A stretch of 63,877 bases of DNA, filler included, from Collodictyon triciliatum (GCA_043381765.1; 12 parts of 12 records of this genome joined end to end with filler, not necessarily neighbours in it), one strand, 5' to 3'. Numbered from the whole stretch's first letter, positions 41,664 through 56,182 are shown. Notes: generated by a model not told the origin, from the sequence alone. A program made the numbers and translations.

Positions 41664-42243
41664 CTTGCGAATGACAACCACCAAAGCTTTACACGCAGTG
41701 GAATACTTGTTGGGCGGCCAGTCCATGCGGTACCGGACTCACAATACCAGCTGTGGAAAGAAAAGGTCGATTTCCCATCATCTTTGTCGAAATTGTGGTA
41801 CAAACTGGGCATAACACCGATGCACGATAGGTAATTGATTTATAACACGTTCTATCATGTGTAAGTCTTTTGTTTTCTTGGTTATGTATAATTCATCCAA
41901 TTTACTAAGAATCTCTGTCCAGGGGAGAAATAGTGTTATTGATTGATTGGTTGATTGATTGACTGATTGATTGATTGATTGATTGGTTTATTTGTTCTCC
42001 ATATCATGACTGTAATCACATAAACTGAGTTGGCTGCATGTTTGAAGCAATAGAAATTAACAGTATGCAAATTTTGTATGCTTTTAGTCACGTAATGGCC
42101 TTTCTCTCCTTCTTGATAGACTTTGGTTTCAATGGAATCGCTTTCGCTCGCAATCAGAACGGCCTGCCCTCGCCATCAAAGGCACCTTCGGATCAGCAGA
42201 GGATTTGCAGGATACATCGCCAGATCATCGAGCGAGGCTCTAA
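41664..42243 (+). CDS. Last two exons of an unidentified protein ending in a PTS1-like tripeptide (-ARL)
   Basis: Exons 41664-41830 and 42120-42243 joined by a phase-2 GT-AG intron give ...LGITPMHDR|LWFQWNRFRSQSERPALAIKGTFGSAEDLQDTSPDHRARL*. Confidence 0.6.
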
Positions 42244-42369
42244 ATGAAATAGGATACAATAACCTATTGGAATGTTACATATAAAAAGCTCAGATGAATT
42301 GATAATCAAACAAGTTCACCGCACTATTTGTTTCTGTTTCTGATTCTGATTCTGTTTATGTTTCTGTTT

Positions 42370-42584
42370 CTGTTTTTGTTTTTGTTTTTGTTTTTGTTTT
42401 TGTTTTTGTTTTTGTTTTTGTTTTTGTTTTTGTTTTTGTTTTTGTTTTTGTTTTTTGTTTTTGTTTTTGTTTTTGTTTTTGTTTTTGTTTTTGTTTTTGT
42501 TTTTGTTTTTGTTTTTGTTTTTGTTTTTGTTTTTGTTTTTGTTTTTGTTTTTGTTTTTGTTTTTGTTTTTGTTTTTGTTTTTGT
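42370..42584. repeat. (TTTTTG)n hexamer microsatellite; also (GAAA)n ~42886-42938, (CTTT)n ~51637-51726, (TTTTATTATTG)n 57021-57122, (AAAAT)n ~63790-63877
   Basis: Direct inspection. Confidence 0.95.
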
Positions 42585-42882
42585 TAATTCTTACAAGCAT
42601 TCAAAATGAATATAAAAAAAAGTCGCGTTCCCCCAGGCTTCGCCCAGGGGCGGTCTATTCCCTATAAAGAGAAAGAATGGAAGAAATGTAGGAAAAATTC
42701 AAGTAATTTTTATTAATTAAACACTTTTGGCATAAACAAATCCTTTGAAATTATGTATACTCTTCCGTCCATACAGAATGAATTTTATGCCACCCTCGAC
42801 TAGAAATCTGAGCCATCTGGAGGTGATTTTATTTATTTTTATTTTATTTTTGGTTCAAGTGTGATGCAGGAAATGGAAGGGA

Positions 42883-42936
<54 letters not shown>

Positions 42937-43226
42937 AATCCCCAAAGGCTTGTCCATGTGACAAAAGCCTCTTTTATATTTTGGTAGCTATAGCAGATTC
43001 ATACGAGCCGTCCCGTACATCTAATTGAAAGGAGTGGAAGGTAAGGAATACCCAGCGAGTTAATCGTTCATGAAGTAGAGTTGTATGTGTTGAAAACAGG
43101 TCGAGCAACGAAAGAGATTCGTGATGGACAACTCATCAGCACGATACCAAAAAGGACTGAATGAAAGCGAAAAAAGAAAGAAAGAGGAGGAATACCTTTG
43201 TGAAAAGGGCTCATCAGCTTGCCTCT

Positions 43227-45729
43227 TTACTTGGGGCCAGCAGCCTTGATTTCGGCTGATGCTCCGCTCTCAAATCTCTTGAAGTTCTCTGTGAAAAGAC
43301 CAGAGAGCTTCATGAGGGTCTTTGAGTAATCTGAGTGATTGTTCCATGTCTTCATGGGCATGAGCACGTTGGGGTCGACATTGGGGCAGCTGGTGGGGAC
43401 CTTTGCGGAGCAGAGGCATTTAGAACAATACTTCTAATCGAAGGCAGATGACACGCACGAGCTCTTTCATATAATTTGACTACTATTCAATTGCCAGAGC
43501 TCGAGAATAATATATGTCTGGTCTGTACCTGCAGATTGAAGACTGGGAAGGTCTCATACTTGACCTTCTCGAGGCTTCCGTCATGGATGGCATCAAGGAT
43601 GGCACGGGTCACCTTGAGGCTCATGCGCTTTCCGACACCGTAGGCACCTCCGCTCCAGCCAGTGTTGACGAGCCAGACGTTGGCATTGTGCTTGTTGATT
43701 TTTTCAGCGAGAAGCTCAGCATACTTGGCCGGGTGCCAAACCATGAAAGGAGCACCGAAGCACGCAGAGAAGGTGGCTTGGGGCTCCTTCACGCCGACTT
43801 CGGTACCTGCGACCTGATTATAAAGAAAACGAGGTCATACATCGAGGCAACATATTGAAGACCTAAAAGCACTGTTTTTATAGTAATAAAACCAAACAAT
43901 AATGATAGTTATGACAGTGCCGATGATGGTGATGATTTTATTGGTGATGGTGATTGAATCGCATATTATGTTGCAAACTCTTTGTACCTTAGCGGTGTAT
44001 CCAGAGATGAAGTGGTACATGGCTTGAGCTGGAGTGAGCTTGGCGACTGGGGGAAGGACACCAAAGGCATCGCAGGTGAGCATGACAATGTTCTTGGGGT
44101 GTCCGCCGACAGCGGGAATCTTGACGTTGGGAATGTGCTCAAGGGGATACGAGATGCGAGTATTCTCCGTGATGCTAACGTTGTTGTAGTCGACCTGCAC
44201 ACAAAAAAAAAGCATATGAATTCGTCAGCTGACCTTTGGCAAGGAGACAGGGCTGATTGTATCCGCTTGGTATAACATGCACGTAGTTTGGATGGAGAAT
44301 AAAAAGGAAGTCGGGAAGGACTAAAATAAAAATAGAATACGTACAACACCGGTGTGGCGGTCATAGATGACGTTCTCCAGGAGCGCACCAAAGCGAATGG
44401 CATCGTAGATTTCAGGTTCCTTCTCACGAGTGAGACCGATGGCCTTAGCGTAGCAGCCTCCTTCAATGTTAAAGACTCCTTCATCACTCCAGGCGTGCTC
44501 ATCATCTCCAATCAATTTGCGGCCTGTGTCAGCCGAGAGGGTGGTCTTTCCAGTCCCACTAAGTATGGGTTGTGGAGGGAAAGTCAGTTCAAAAATATAA
44601 ACTAAATCTAGGTAACAGCCGCAGCAATTAAATATTTTAAAGAAAAGTGGTAAGGCACAAAACAGTAAAGAATAAAGTATGGTTTACCTGAGACCGAAGA
44701 AGAGAGTCACATCTCCATTCTTTCCTTCATTGGCTGAAGCATGCATGGAGAGGATACCCTTCTTGGGGAGCAGATAATTCATAATAGTGAAGACACCCTT
44801 CTTCATCTCACCAGCATATTGAGTTCCAAGGATGACAAACTCCCTGGTAGCAAAGTTGAGGGAGACAGAGGTGGCTGAGGTCATTCCCTCGCTGAAGCGG
44901 TTGGCTGGGAAGGCACCCCCGTTGTAGATGGTATAGTCGGGATCACCAAAGCTTTCAAGCTCCTCGGGAGTTGGGCGGATAAGCATGTTGTGCATGAAAA
45001 GAGCGTGGTATGCACGGGATGTAATGACGCGGATCTAGAATGAATTCGCCACTTAGTTGAGATTTAACAGTTGGAAAATAGGAGTGCAAGGATGCTATCG
45101 TCCTCAGTACTTGCAACAAAAAAAAAAGAAATAAAGCACATAAATCAGTGAGCGTTTTTTGATTCATCCCGGAGGAAAGCAACCTTGTATCTATTTTTGG
45201 GGTCCCAGTTAGCAAACCCGTCAAAGACATAGAGTCTGCGGTGAGTGTTGAGGTAGTCAATGGCGCGCTCACGATTGATGCGGAAGACTTGCGGGCTTAG
45301 CTTGACATTGACGCTGCCCCACCAAATGTCATTCACAGAAGACGGCTCCTCCACGATGCGCTTGTCAAGAGGCGAGCGGCCGGTCTTTGCACCGGAGAGG
45401 GCAGCCAGGGCGCCGGTGGAGAGGATGGCCGAGCCGCTTTCGTAGTTGAGGGCCTCTTCGTACAGCTTGCCAACACTGGCGTTGCGGAATACAACCTCAG
45501 TGTTGATACCGATGTTGGAAAGGATTTTTGTGTCGGCATCATGCTCCTGGTGGACGGAAGGCGTCTGGGAAGGCGCGTCTGTGCCGGGCTTCGAGCCTTG
45601 CAGTGACTTCTTGACAGATTCAAGGACCTTGTCGGGCGAGTTGGAGTTGGACGAGGACTGGACAAAGCGGGCCAGAGCCGCAGTTGAGGGTGACGGCAGG
45701 ATTCCGCGCAGGCGGGTTACAAGCGACAT
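43227..45729 (-). CDS. pckA: Phosphoenolpyruvate carboxykinase (ATP), complete, 6 exons, 590 aa
   Basis: Exons 45184-45729, 44688-45034, 44345-44558, 43988-44194, 43529-43813 and 43227-43400 join in frame (1773 nt). Motifs [55 protein letters not shown]. Strong C/G third-position bias. Confidence 0.97.
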
Positions 45730-46462
45730 AGTGTGTGCTTGGTCTAGTGTGTCGGGTTTGTAGATTTAGGCTTGGTTGAACTTTACAAAGTATTTTGTCT
45801 ACCGTGCCTTTTTGTGTGTGTCTATGAATTCTCGTAATTAGTCCGATTCAATCAGTTTCATGAGAAGATATTCTAGAATATTAATAGCAATCACCCTTTT
45901 CTACATGTAGACATTCACTCATTATTATAATTGCATATTCTGGCTTCTCTTATTCTTTGGGAATACTGGCAAATCGTGTGTGGATTAGTGCAAAGTTACT
46001 CGAAGAAGACTGCTTTTTTTCAATTGGTTGTTCAGTGTTCTCTTGCACTACCTCGTAATCCGTTCGGTGATGGCTGGAGTCTTTGACCATTTAAGTACTG
46101 GAACGTTATATACCGCTCTCATGACCTGACGCTCGGTGACGCATATTTGCGCACCCTGTGATGTTTTGTGTCGTAGACACAGGAAATGGTCTGACGTGTC
46201 TTTGCGCATTGTAGAACGACAGCATAGCCTTTTCTATCTGTGCGAACACTTCACTACGTTTCTGCGATACACTACCGCTATTATTATCTATTATACAATA
46301 TTTTATTATTGGTTTGCTTTATTAAATACTTTGCATAAATTATTAATATTTAATATTATATATTATAATTTCCATATATAGATGAATTATTTTTGGTATG
46401 TTTTTAGTGTTTTTTGTTTTTTATTTTTTTATTTTTTTTGTTTTTTTGTTTTTTTTTTTTTT

Positions 46463-46541
<79 letters not shown>

Positions 46542-46642
46542 NNNNNNNNNNNNNNNNNNNNNNNNNNNNNNNNNNNNNNNNNNNNTTAATTAATTAANNN
46601 NNNNNNNNNNNNNNNNNNNNNNNNNNNNNNNNNNNNNNNNNA

Positions 46643-49600
46643 ATACCGAATACAATACCGAATACAATACCGAATACAATACCGAATACAATACCGAATA
46701 CAATACCGAATACAATACCGAATACAATACCGAATACAATAACAAATCTAATACCAAATGGAGCATCCAATACAATAGCCAATACGATGCCGAATGGAAA
46801 ACCAAATTCAAAACCAACGATTGAATTAAATCCGATTTTGAGACCTATACCAAGAATCTTGTTGGATGGAAGCACAACCATTTCTCCGATTTCCGTACCG
46901 GGCTCCGGCCCAGAGGTAGCAGCTAATGTTGCAATCAATTCACCGAGATACTCCATTAACGATCCATCGCATCCAAATGTCCTATCAAAAAACACATTTA
47001 ATGCTCCAGCGAGCAAGGAACATCCAACAAATTATGCTTCTCTGGAGCAATCTTCCAGAGACCCTCGGAGTAGTGCTAAGCCTCAATTAGAAAAAGATGG
47101 TGCACCAGATGGTTCTAAGGAGAGAATATCTTCAACTTTGCGTTCAAACCTGAGTAATTTTCTGAAAGTATGTGTTTATGAGCTCGACGAGCCCAGATCT
47201 TTGTCAATTGAAATGAAGGAACCATTAGAAAAGTTGACATCTTCTATTGTTGCATCCCCAAACTGCGATTGCACGTTATATAGAGCTATACATTACCTGA
47301 TTTTTATGTATAACAGGAAACTAGTCGAAATACGTAATTCAAGAAAGGGTCCTGTGGGTCAACAAAACCAAGAAGTTTCGAAACAAGAGAACATCGAAAA
47401 GTTCTTAATTGATTATGAAGTCCAAGTTAAACCTCCAGAAGAAATAGTTCAAAGTGCTTCAACTTCCGACCAAAAAGGCCGACATGTATATGGGTCATCA
47501 TCAACGGAAGAGATACATGAATTAAATAGTCGTTGTCACCAGCAAGTATTTACAAATCCACCCGTCGGTCATATACAAAAGGAGTCAAACAAACCAAATG
47601 CAAAGGAATCCTTAGACAGTTATCTATTATCTATTCTCCACGATAGAAAGGGGATTCATGAGCCCACTGCCCAAGAAACTCATACCAATCCACAGCAAAA
47701 TCAAGCCAATAAAACTCATTTACACTTTCAAAATAACATAAAGGATACAACTATACAAACAAATGCAAAAATTCCTGAGAACCGACCCAGAGTAAACCAC
47801 ACAGACCAAAACTTACACCCTTCTGCTTTTACCATGGAATTAGGGCCCACTTTGGTTGATGAAACAGAGAGAACACCAATTACAGTAAATAACAAAACAG
47901 TAATAGGGGAATTATCATCTGGGAATGAGAATATTGAATCCAGAAATGGTTTGGTCGAAAAACCTAGCCTTGTTAGCGAGAACAGTGCACATCTAGACAA
48001 TGATGATGGAGAAGGTATTTTACGTGTTATATTCTGCTGAAAAATTGATCCAAAGAAAACCTAGACTTAAACTCACACCTAATCCAAAACCAAAACTACA
48101 AAAGACAACAAATTAAATTTTATCAGTGAAATACTATACTGTTAAAGAAACTCAAAATGCTTGTACCTTCAAAGTAACTTGTTATTCTACCTAGAATCCC
48201 CTGCTGAGATGACTTCTAGGTCTACATCTTCAATCTCAAATGAGGTTTGTCTCTTTTATCAGAAATCCAAATACTAGTAGTTCTATTGCTACTAAAAGTG
48301 TTTGCATAGACCCATCACGAGAAAGATGAAAACTCACGGCAAGGTTCAAGGTTATGCGAAGAGGTCAGTCATTTAATACCAGTAATCATGGCGTGATAAT
48401 AGCAAGTTTTGATGATATTGGTCTTTGTGATAAAACTCAATACTTACCGAATATCCCGATGAAAATATTTACAAGAGAAAAATTCTAAATCCTTTTTTTA
48501 TTTTTATTTTTATTTCATTATTGTTTAAATCAGTTACCGATAAATACGGCCATCGACACGTTTGTCATCCTCAATATTTTCCATGTCATCAACGGTGCAC
48601 CAATATATATCAAGACATCAAATTTATATGCTAAATTTAACACAGAAATTATCCATATCTAAACCCAAAATTCATGCATTACGGTTATGAGTAAGTCCAA
48701 GAGGTTTTGTAAATCTCACACAGTTTCAAATTAAAAAATCCATACAACCATATCTCCACGTTTCAATATGATTTTGTTGGTTTAGAGATTCGAATATTTC
48801 TCTATCCAATTCCAATAAGTAATGAAAATTTAACAATCAGAGTACGTGTTACAATATCTGGGCTTAGCAAAGTTATCGAATTGAATAAGGGTCATGTTCC
48901 TGTTTATACAAAACAGGTTGTCATGATGTTCATCAATAGTAATTGCAAGAAGGTCTGTTATATAGATTGATGGTGCATATATATGATATCAACGACTTAC
49001 CACCTATCATGCCTTTCCTGCCATTCTGCGACTTTTACAAAATTTAATTCTATAATAATATTTTTTGAATGATTTCAGGGATATTCACTAGCGGACATTT
49101 ACTCTTCTGATACAATTGAAACTGTGAATACACCAAGCTCGCTTCATTTTACCTTTTTCGTTCGAAGATTAGAGCTCTCTAAAATGAAATTTGTCTCTAT
49201 GATTTACATGTCCGAATCAGGTTTTAATTTTTTAACTATGTACATATTTTTATTGTTATATTTTTATTCTTTTACAATTAATGGTGGTAATAAATACCAA
49301 GAAAATACTGAGTTGTCTGAAATGTTTTTTTTTTCAACCAAAAATATCAGCGGAATTTCATTTAAGCAAATTTGTCGTTCTGGGAGAGATGGAATGTAAC
49401 CCCATAAAAATGATTTCCCACTCGAATGGAACTGAAAATCATGAGATGCAGCTTTTTTCTCTTCACCTTCCTGAGCTCGTTGTTGGCAAATTATCGATGG
49501 TACTTTTTCCTTTCAAGGATATGGCACCAAAGCCAGCTCGCATAGTAAATTAATTTCAAATAAAAGTCTCAATTACGAGAAATATCTATTACAGGCAATC

Positions 49601-49695
49601 ACTGCGGAAACTTCGATTAAAGATATTGTAGCACCCATTATCCAGAGCTTGGGTTCTGATAGAGAGAACCGATTGAAAATGCATACAAACGAAAG
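46643..49695 (+). CDS. Uncharacterised protein with (IPNT)n repeat and long low-complexity region, 5' partial, multi-exon
   Basis: The 12-nt repeat ATACCGAATACA (46642-46740) is in frame with the 417-aa ORF 46787-48040. Downstream GT-AG exon-like blocks (VRVTISGLSKVIELNKG; AITAETSIKDIVAPIIQSLG). No family recognised; 3' end uncertain. Confidence 0.5.
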
Positions 49696-51639
49696 GTTTC
49701 GAAATTTTATCAGATTCAACATCTCTCACTTTATCTTTTCACACAACCATTCAATTTACCTTTATTATTTTCATTCCAACTCCATTTTATAGTCAATATT
49801 TTTTTGTCAAAAAATATAGAAAAATAATTATTATGTCCTCAGATGATATTATATTTATCTATATAGTTAGATAAATATAATATCACTCAGACCTAATTTA
49901 AAATAATACTTTTTATTCACAGAAAAGTTGAAAACGGTTGGAATTTCATCACACACGTACATCCTGAATCAAATACAAAGGTGATCAGTTTTCTTCCCTT
50001 CTTGATTGATGAAATGTTTCCCTCTATATCCAATTCAGATTTAATCAAGAAAGTGCTCTTTTGGGATTCTGGAAAACTGCGAAAATAGCCTTCATGTGTA
50101 GTTTTGAAATTCATTTATATGATGTATAATTTTTATAATAATTTTATAATTTCTTCAGTTACCATCGAAAACTAAGCTATTTTGTCCGTACTGCTCACGC
50201 TTCACTTTTGACCCGCAAAAACATATGATGAAGCACTTTTCAGATGTGAGACTAGAGTCGGTAAGATTTGTCTGTGCGACATAGTAGAGATATAAAAAAT
50301 TAGGGATACTTTTTTTTTTTTTTAAAAAAAGAGATTCCGTGAAAAAAAATCGCATATTAAAACATATGGTCACATCATATACAGACCCTTATTGGTGGTC
50401 TACGTGTGCAGCACATGCGCCTGAAGGATAGAAGAGAGGTTATATATGCACTCATTCTATGTAATTTACTGCATATAAGAATGAGTGTCAACATTTGCAT
50501 AATCCCATATATAGCGAGGAAGCAAGGGAATGGAAGGAGCACACGAAGACCATCAGCCACAACAAATAGAAGATGAGGGCCTTCCAACCGCTAAAAGGCT
50601 AAGACTCACCATATCTGAATAACCTCCATTAAATATAATTGCACCGGAGGATGCAACATTATAGCCAAAAGGCTATTTCCTTGTTTTCCTTTTCCTTTTT
50701 GAAGATATAATGACGCAGTTTACCAAAAGGCAAAGAATGAGTCCACCCTTAATAAAAAAAAGTTTTGACAAAAAATTTTAACGACTCAAAAAGCTGCCCT
50801 GACCGTATAGAAATTCTGAGATTATATTGAATATTTAATTTTCTTACTAATTTAAATTTATTTATTTTGTATCCATCTTAATCACCCTTCATATTTTCAG
50901 AGAGAATAAAAACTTAATACTTACCCATTGTCATGTGCCCCTGTCCAAAATCTTTGGGACATAAAACCGTACGAGATAGACTTCGATTCCTTTTTGCAGG
51001 AACGCTCTGTATCCAAAAAGGTGTTTCACTCCCTTCAAGGCCTTAATCTGAATACCATACGCATAAATAAAAAAAAAATAATAATAATAATTCAAACATA
51101 CTTGCATCAATCTCTGAATTTTGATTGCACATCAACGTAGACTCTCCAGACTCGCATACAAAAAATTTCAGAATGGTTGATGAATCAATACTAAACGAAA
51201 ACTTTGTATTTTGATAGGCAATATCGAGTGCTCATTTGGGTCTTAAAACACGGGAATTCTTCAATTCATGGAACGACTTTATATTGAAAAAGTATGCGTA
51301 TCTAATTTTTCGGATGAAAATTTCATTTACCCCTTTTTCGTTTTATCCAGAACTTAGCAGCACAAGAAAATGTATGTCAAAAATGAATCGATTTGCTTTT
51401 TATATTTGTGAGGATATACCCTCTTCTATACTTTTTTCTTCTTATCTTCACACTTTCCTGTCACACAAGCATGATGTGAATTGTGATAGAATTTCTCGTT
51501 GTTCATTGATTCAGAATATTGCATTTATCAAACTTTACCTCCACCATCTTACACAAATTGAAAAAAAAATAAGAATAAATAAAATATCATAATACATTAA
51601 TCAGCTTTTGTAGTTTAGTTTCATTTTTTTCTTTTCTTT

Positions 51640-51726
<87 letters not shown>

Positions 51727-52568
51727 NNNNNNNNNNNNNNNNNNNNNNNNNNNNNNNNNNNNNNNNNNNNTTAATTAATTAANNNNNNNNNNNNNNNNNN
51801 NNNNNNNNNNNNNNNNNNNNNNNNNNTTTTGTTTTTTTTTTTTTGTTTTTTTTTGTTTTTTTTTTTTTTTTTGTTTTTTGTTTTTTGTTTTTTGTGTTTT
51901 TGTGTTTTTTTTTTGGTGTTACCATAAGATTGATTGAGCGGCGGGCTCAAAAGCTTTCAGGTCATGACAGTTTGCACGGATAAAAAAATAGCCCAATTGC
52001 AGACTTCCATATATGGTTAATTAGTGGTTTATACGATTTATCCCTAATATGTAATTTGTGTCGCGAAGTTTGTTCAACCAGAGCAACGCATCGACTTTTC
52101 CAAGCGGAGACTTTGTGTTTGGCCGACGCGTCGAGAAAACTTGCTTTGGGTTCATCAGTGTGGCTTTCCTTTGCGATGCGAGTTGTGTTCACATAAAGTG
52201 TTATTCTCTCTAGTGATAACCAAAGTAAATGAGCTTTACATAATAGTTAATTTTGCTTCAATTGTCTAACTGGGTGTGTCGAATGGCTGTTTTATCCAAA
52301 GAATGATGTGCATAACGAGGCTGCGCTGTCTGATGCAATCATGCTTTATATCTAACCACTAATGCGCTTGAGGTGGAGCACATATGTGCCCTCTTTTCTG
52401 ATTTGTTCATTTTTAGATACATAGTCCATGTAGCTAAAGGCGTTAAGGAATCCGTGGCATCTTATTCGGTGTGATTCAAACATTAATTTTGTCTTAATTC
52501 TAATCATATTAATCATCACCAGAATAAGAATGATAATAATAATAATGATGATGATGATAATAAGAATG

Positions 52569-52731
<163 letters not shown>

Positions 52732-52747
52732 GAATAAAAATAATAAA

Positions 52748-52778
<31 letters not shown>

Positions 52779-53468
52779 GCGGCTCGGTTGTGGACATGAA
52801 AGAGACTTATTTGTGTCATAATTCTTTTTTTTAAAAAAAAAAAACAACATTGTTTACTGATATCATACCCCTTTCGTTGCGCTTTGACAAAAGCTTACTT
52901 CGCCACACCCAGATTTATTCCTCTTTTTTTTTAATTTTATCTCTATTGATATTATACCAGCATTTTGACTCTGGTTGAGAACTAAGGCCACATTCATAGG
53001 TTATTAGACAGAGTTAAATTACCAATCAAGCATAGGCAGCGCAAACAAAGCAAAGCTGTAGACCGGACAAGAGCCACGAATACACTTGACAAGTAGAAGA
53101 GAAGAAGAAAAGAAGAAAAGAAAAGAAGAAAAGAAAAGAAGAAAAGAAAAAAGAGAAAAAAGAGAAAAAAGAGAAAAAGAGAAAAGAAAAGAGAAAAAAT
53201 AGAAAAGAAAAGAAAAGAAGAAAAGAAGAAAAGAAGAAAAATGAAAAATAAGAAAAGATGAAAAAAAGAAAATGAGGAAGGAAAAGAAAAAAAAGAGAAA
53301 AAAGAGAAAAAAGAGAAAAAAAGAGAAAAAAGAGAAAAAGAGAAAAGAAAAAGAAGAAAAAGAAGAAAAATGAAAAATAAGAAAAGATGAAAAAAAGAAA
53401 ACGAGGAAGGAAAAGAGAAGGAAAAAACACCGTAGGTATTCACACAAAGAATTAAAGGCACCTTCAGC

Positions 53469-56182
53469 ATGTTTGGACAGTCTGTTCTTGGGCGCAACGA
53501 TCACTCGCCCAACACCCGAAGCAACTTCATCCCCATGGATATCCAACCGCCACCCGGCTCAGCCGGCTCCTCACTTCCTGTGCGCTTCCTTTCAACGCTG
53601 GTTTCCCCGCCTTCTCGCGCCGGCCAAAAAGCAGCAACAGACGAGCACGAAAACCGAGACGCTGCGGAGCCGATTCTTTGCGAAGAACATTCGCAGGCGC
53701 CTGAACGCAAGTCACTTGCCCACCCGCTCACCCGCACACGGCCCTCTGCTTATCAAATCGCCGAAGCTGCAGCCATGAAGCAGAGTCAAGTGCGACCGCC
53801 AAGGCCATCCGGATATCCCATGGGCGAGCCTGCCGATGAAGACGCAGCCGACGAGCCCTTTCTTTCTCATGAGAACTACTATCACAATTGGAATCGTGCA
53901 GAACCCGAGACTGAGAACGGATTGAAAGCTGTGCAAACTCATCACCCAAAGTATAGCAACTATGTTGATGGCGATGAGAACGAAGAGAACGACTCTGACA
54001 CAATTCGGCAGCGCATTTCGCCAGTGTCAGGGTTTGAGGACTTTGAATATCATCAGAGTGTTCATCAGAATCAGAATCAGAATCAGAATCAGAATCACAG
54101 TCATAGTCATAGTCATACTCACAATCAACAACACCCAGCTTTCTTTGCCACACATCTGACCATGACTCAACTGGTTCATATGAAGGAGTTTTTTGAAACA
54201 AGGTTTAGAAATCTGCGAGACACTTCGGTTCTTTACACAGTCGCTCCCGTGCGGTCGAGCGCTCTGGAAGCATCAAATCCTAAGTGGAAACTGCTTCACC
54301 GAGTGGGTTTATTTGTTCGAACTCTCCTCATCATGTTTGACATTTTCTTGCATCTATATGCTCTCAAGCTGCTGGCAGACCAGAAGTCATATATATGGTA
54401 TGCCTCTGAAATTCACAAATCAGAATGAAGAAATATATGTTACTTTATATATTTATATGAAAAATATAAATGCTTCGAATCATTTACTGGTGTTCATCAG
54501 ATATTTCGAAATCAACGCTAGGTTATCGATTGGGTGCTCAATTATTGCAATAAGAACGGTCATAAACGCACTTGTGGCTCGTGGTGTGGCTCAGACGTCA
54601 TGGGTTTACCATGTTCTTGTGCTTTTCCAGCTAAACTTTATTTTCGAGTCGTACATATCACTAAAGAATGGGGAGCATACTGCCCTGTACCAGGTTTTTT
54701 TTTATTTATTGTTGTTGTCGGTATATTTTTGTCATCTTTCTAATAATCAGCACACGCAAACATATATATGACACATTCCCCACTAATACGTACCACAATT
54801 CACATGGTATAACATGGTATAGATGGCCAAATTCGTTCAAGCTGCATTAGAAAGCTTGCCTTTCACACTTGTTCTAGCGTCTCAAATACTTTTTGAGGTA
54901 ACATATTTATTTATTTTATCATTTTTGAAAAAAGATAAACAACACTATATCACACGAATATATAGCAAGAAAAATTATAACCAAATGTTGCATATACTTT
55001 GACTTTATCATCGTGTAGCGAGACGCAGAGTACTTCTCTATTGTATCCATGTCGGTATCTATCTTTTCCGGTTCGCTCACAGCGTGGGAAATATCTATTC
55101 GTGATGCTCCTTCTTTTAATCAAGGAATAAGGTTACACACATTTTTTTAAAAAAAAAATCCATCCAAAGATATTATCGTATACCTTTCAATAAATTCTTG
55201 ATTTTAAAGGAATTTCGTTTAGAAATATTTAATGAAGAGCATACATTTGGGTATAGTCCCTTAAATCATTCCATCATTCTCATTCTATTTGATAGGAAAT
55301 GGCTTTCCTTCTTTTATCGATTGTGTGAGATTGTCGCGCATATATCATGTGCGTGTCTCTTTACATACTTTTTTCAGTCGCTGATCATCCTGGTTTTCTT
55401 TTTCAAATGGTTGACCATGAGCTTTGTGTCTTTATCCCGCCACCAAGAAAGGTTTACTACAAACACAGACATTCAATGTACATTTCATGAAAATACTTAC
55501 CTCTCTATTCTTCTTCTGGTTCTACCACTATTTTACTTTCTATTTAAAAAATAAATCAGGAACTCGGAGACGGCCTCATCAGTTATTTATGGCTTAAGTT
55601 TACTCGATGTCGTGATAATCTTTACTTCTGCTATGCTTCCTGGAAGTCGCAGGCCAAGAAAGGTATGTACTTTGTATTTATAATCTTGAAAATAAACAGT
55701 AAACTTTTCACTACGCGATTTAGAAAGCAATAGGAAAGAGGATGTGTCATTTTCTTCTTCTATGCATAAATAAATGGGTTTTCCCAACAGGATAGCGAAT
55801 ACTTTATGGTGGCAGACTCTTCAGTCTTTTCCTTCTGTCAAGCACTTTTAGCCTCTGATTTTGTTGACGGTGTCATGGTTGGTCTTATGTCCATAGCTCC
55901 AGATGTCCCTGTTTATGGTTTGTGATAGTGACTGTGCTTTTCATTCGATAGATGAACGTGTATATTCATCATTTTTTTTTTTAAGAAAATATTCACATTC
56001 AATTTCATGTAATTTTTTTGTTTCTCATTCATCGTCATCACTTTTTTTTGTTTAATACATCTTCAGATTCCCCGACACGAGAAGTGCAATTAACTTTCGC
56101 CATATTTATTGGGGCGCATGTGCTGAGACATATCTTTTTCTTTATCATTGCGATTTTCTCCCAATCAAGAAGTCGTTTGTAG
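53469..56182 (+). CDS. XK-related (Xkr) multi-pass membrane protein, putative phospholipid scramblase family
   Basis: About 270 aa of disordered N-terminus, then TM segments with QAALESLPFTLV (XK-type E-S-x-P motif), VSMSVSIFSGSL and FFYRLCEIVAH. Exons join through GT-AG introns to TAG at 56180-56182. Confidence 0.68.

Noticed and set aside
56171-56182. C-terminal SRL (PTS1-like) on the XK-related protein
   Set aside because: PTS1 imports matrix proteins, so on a multi-pass membrane protein this is likely coincidence.
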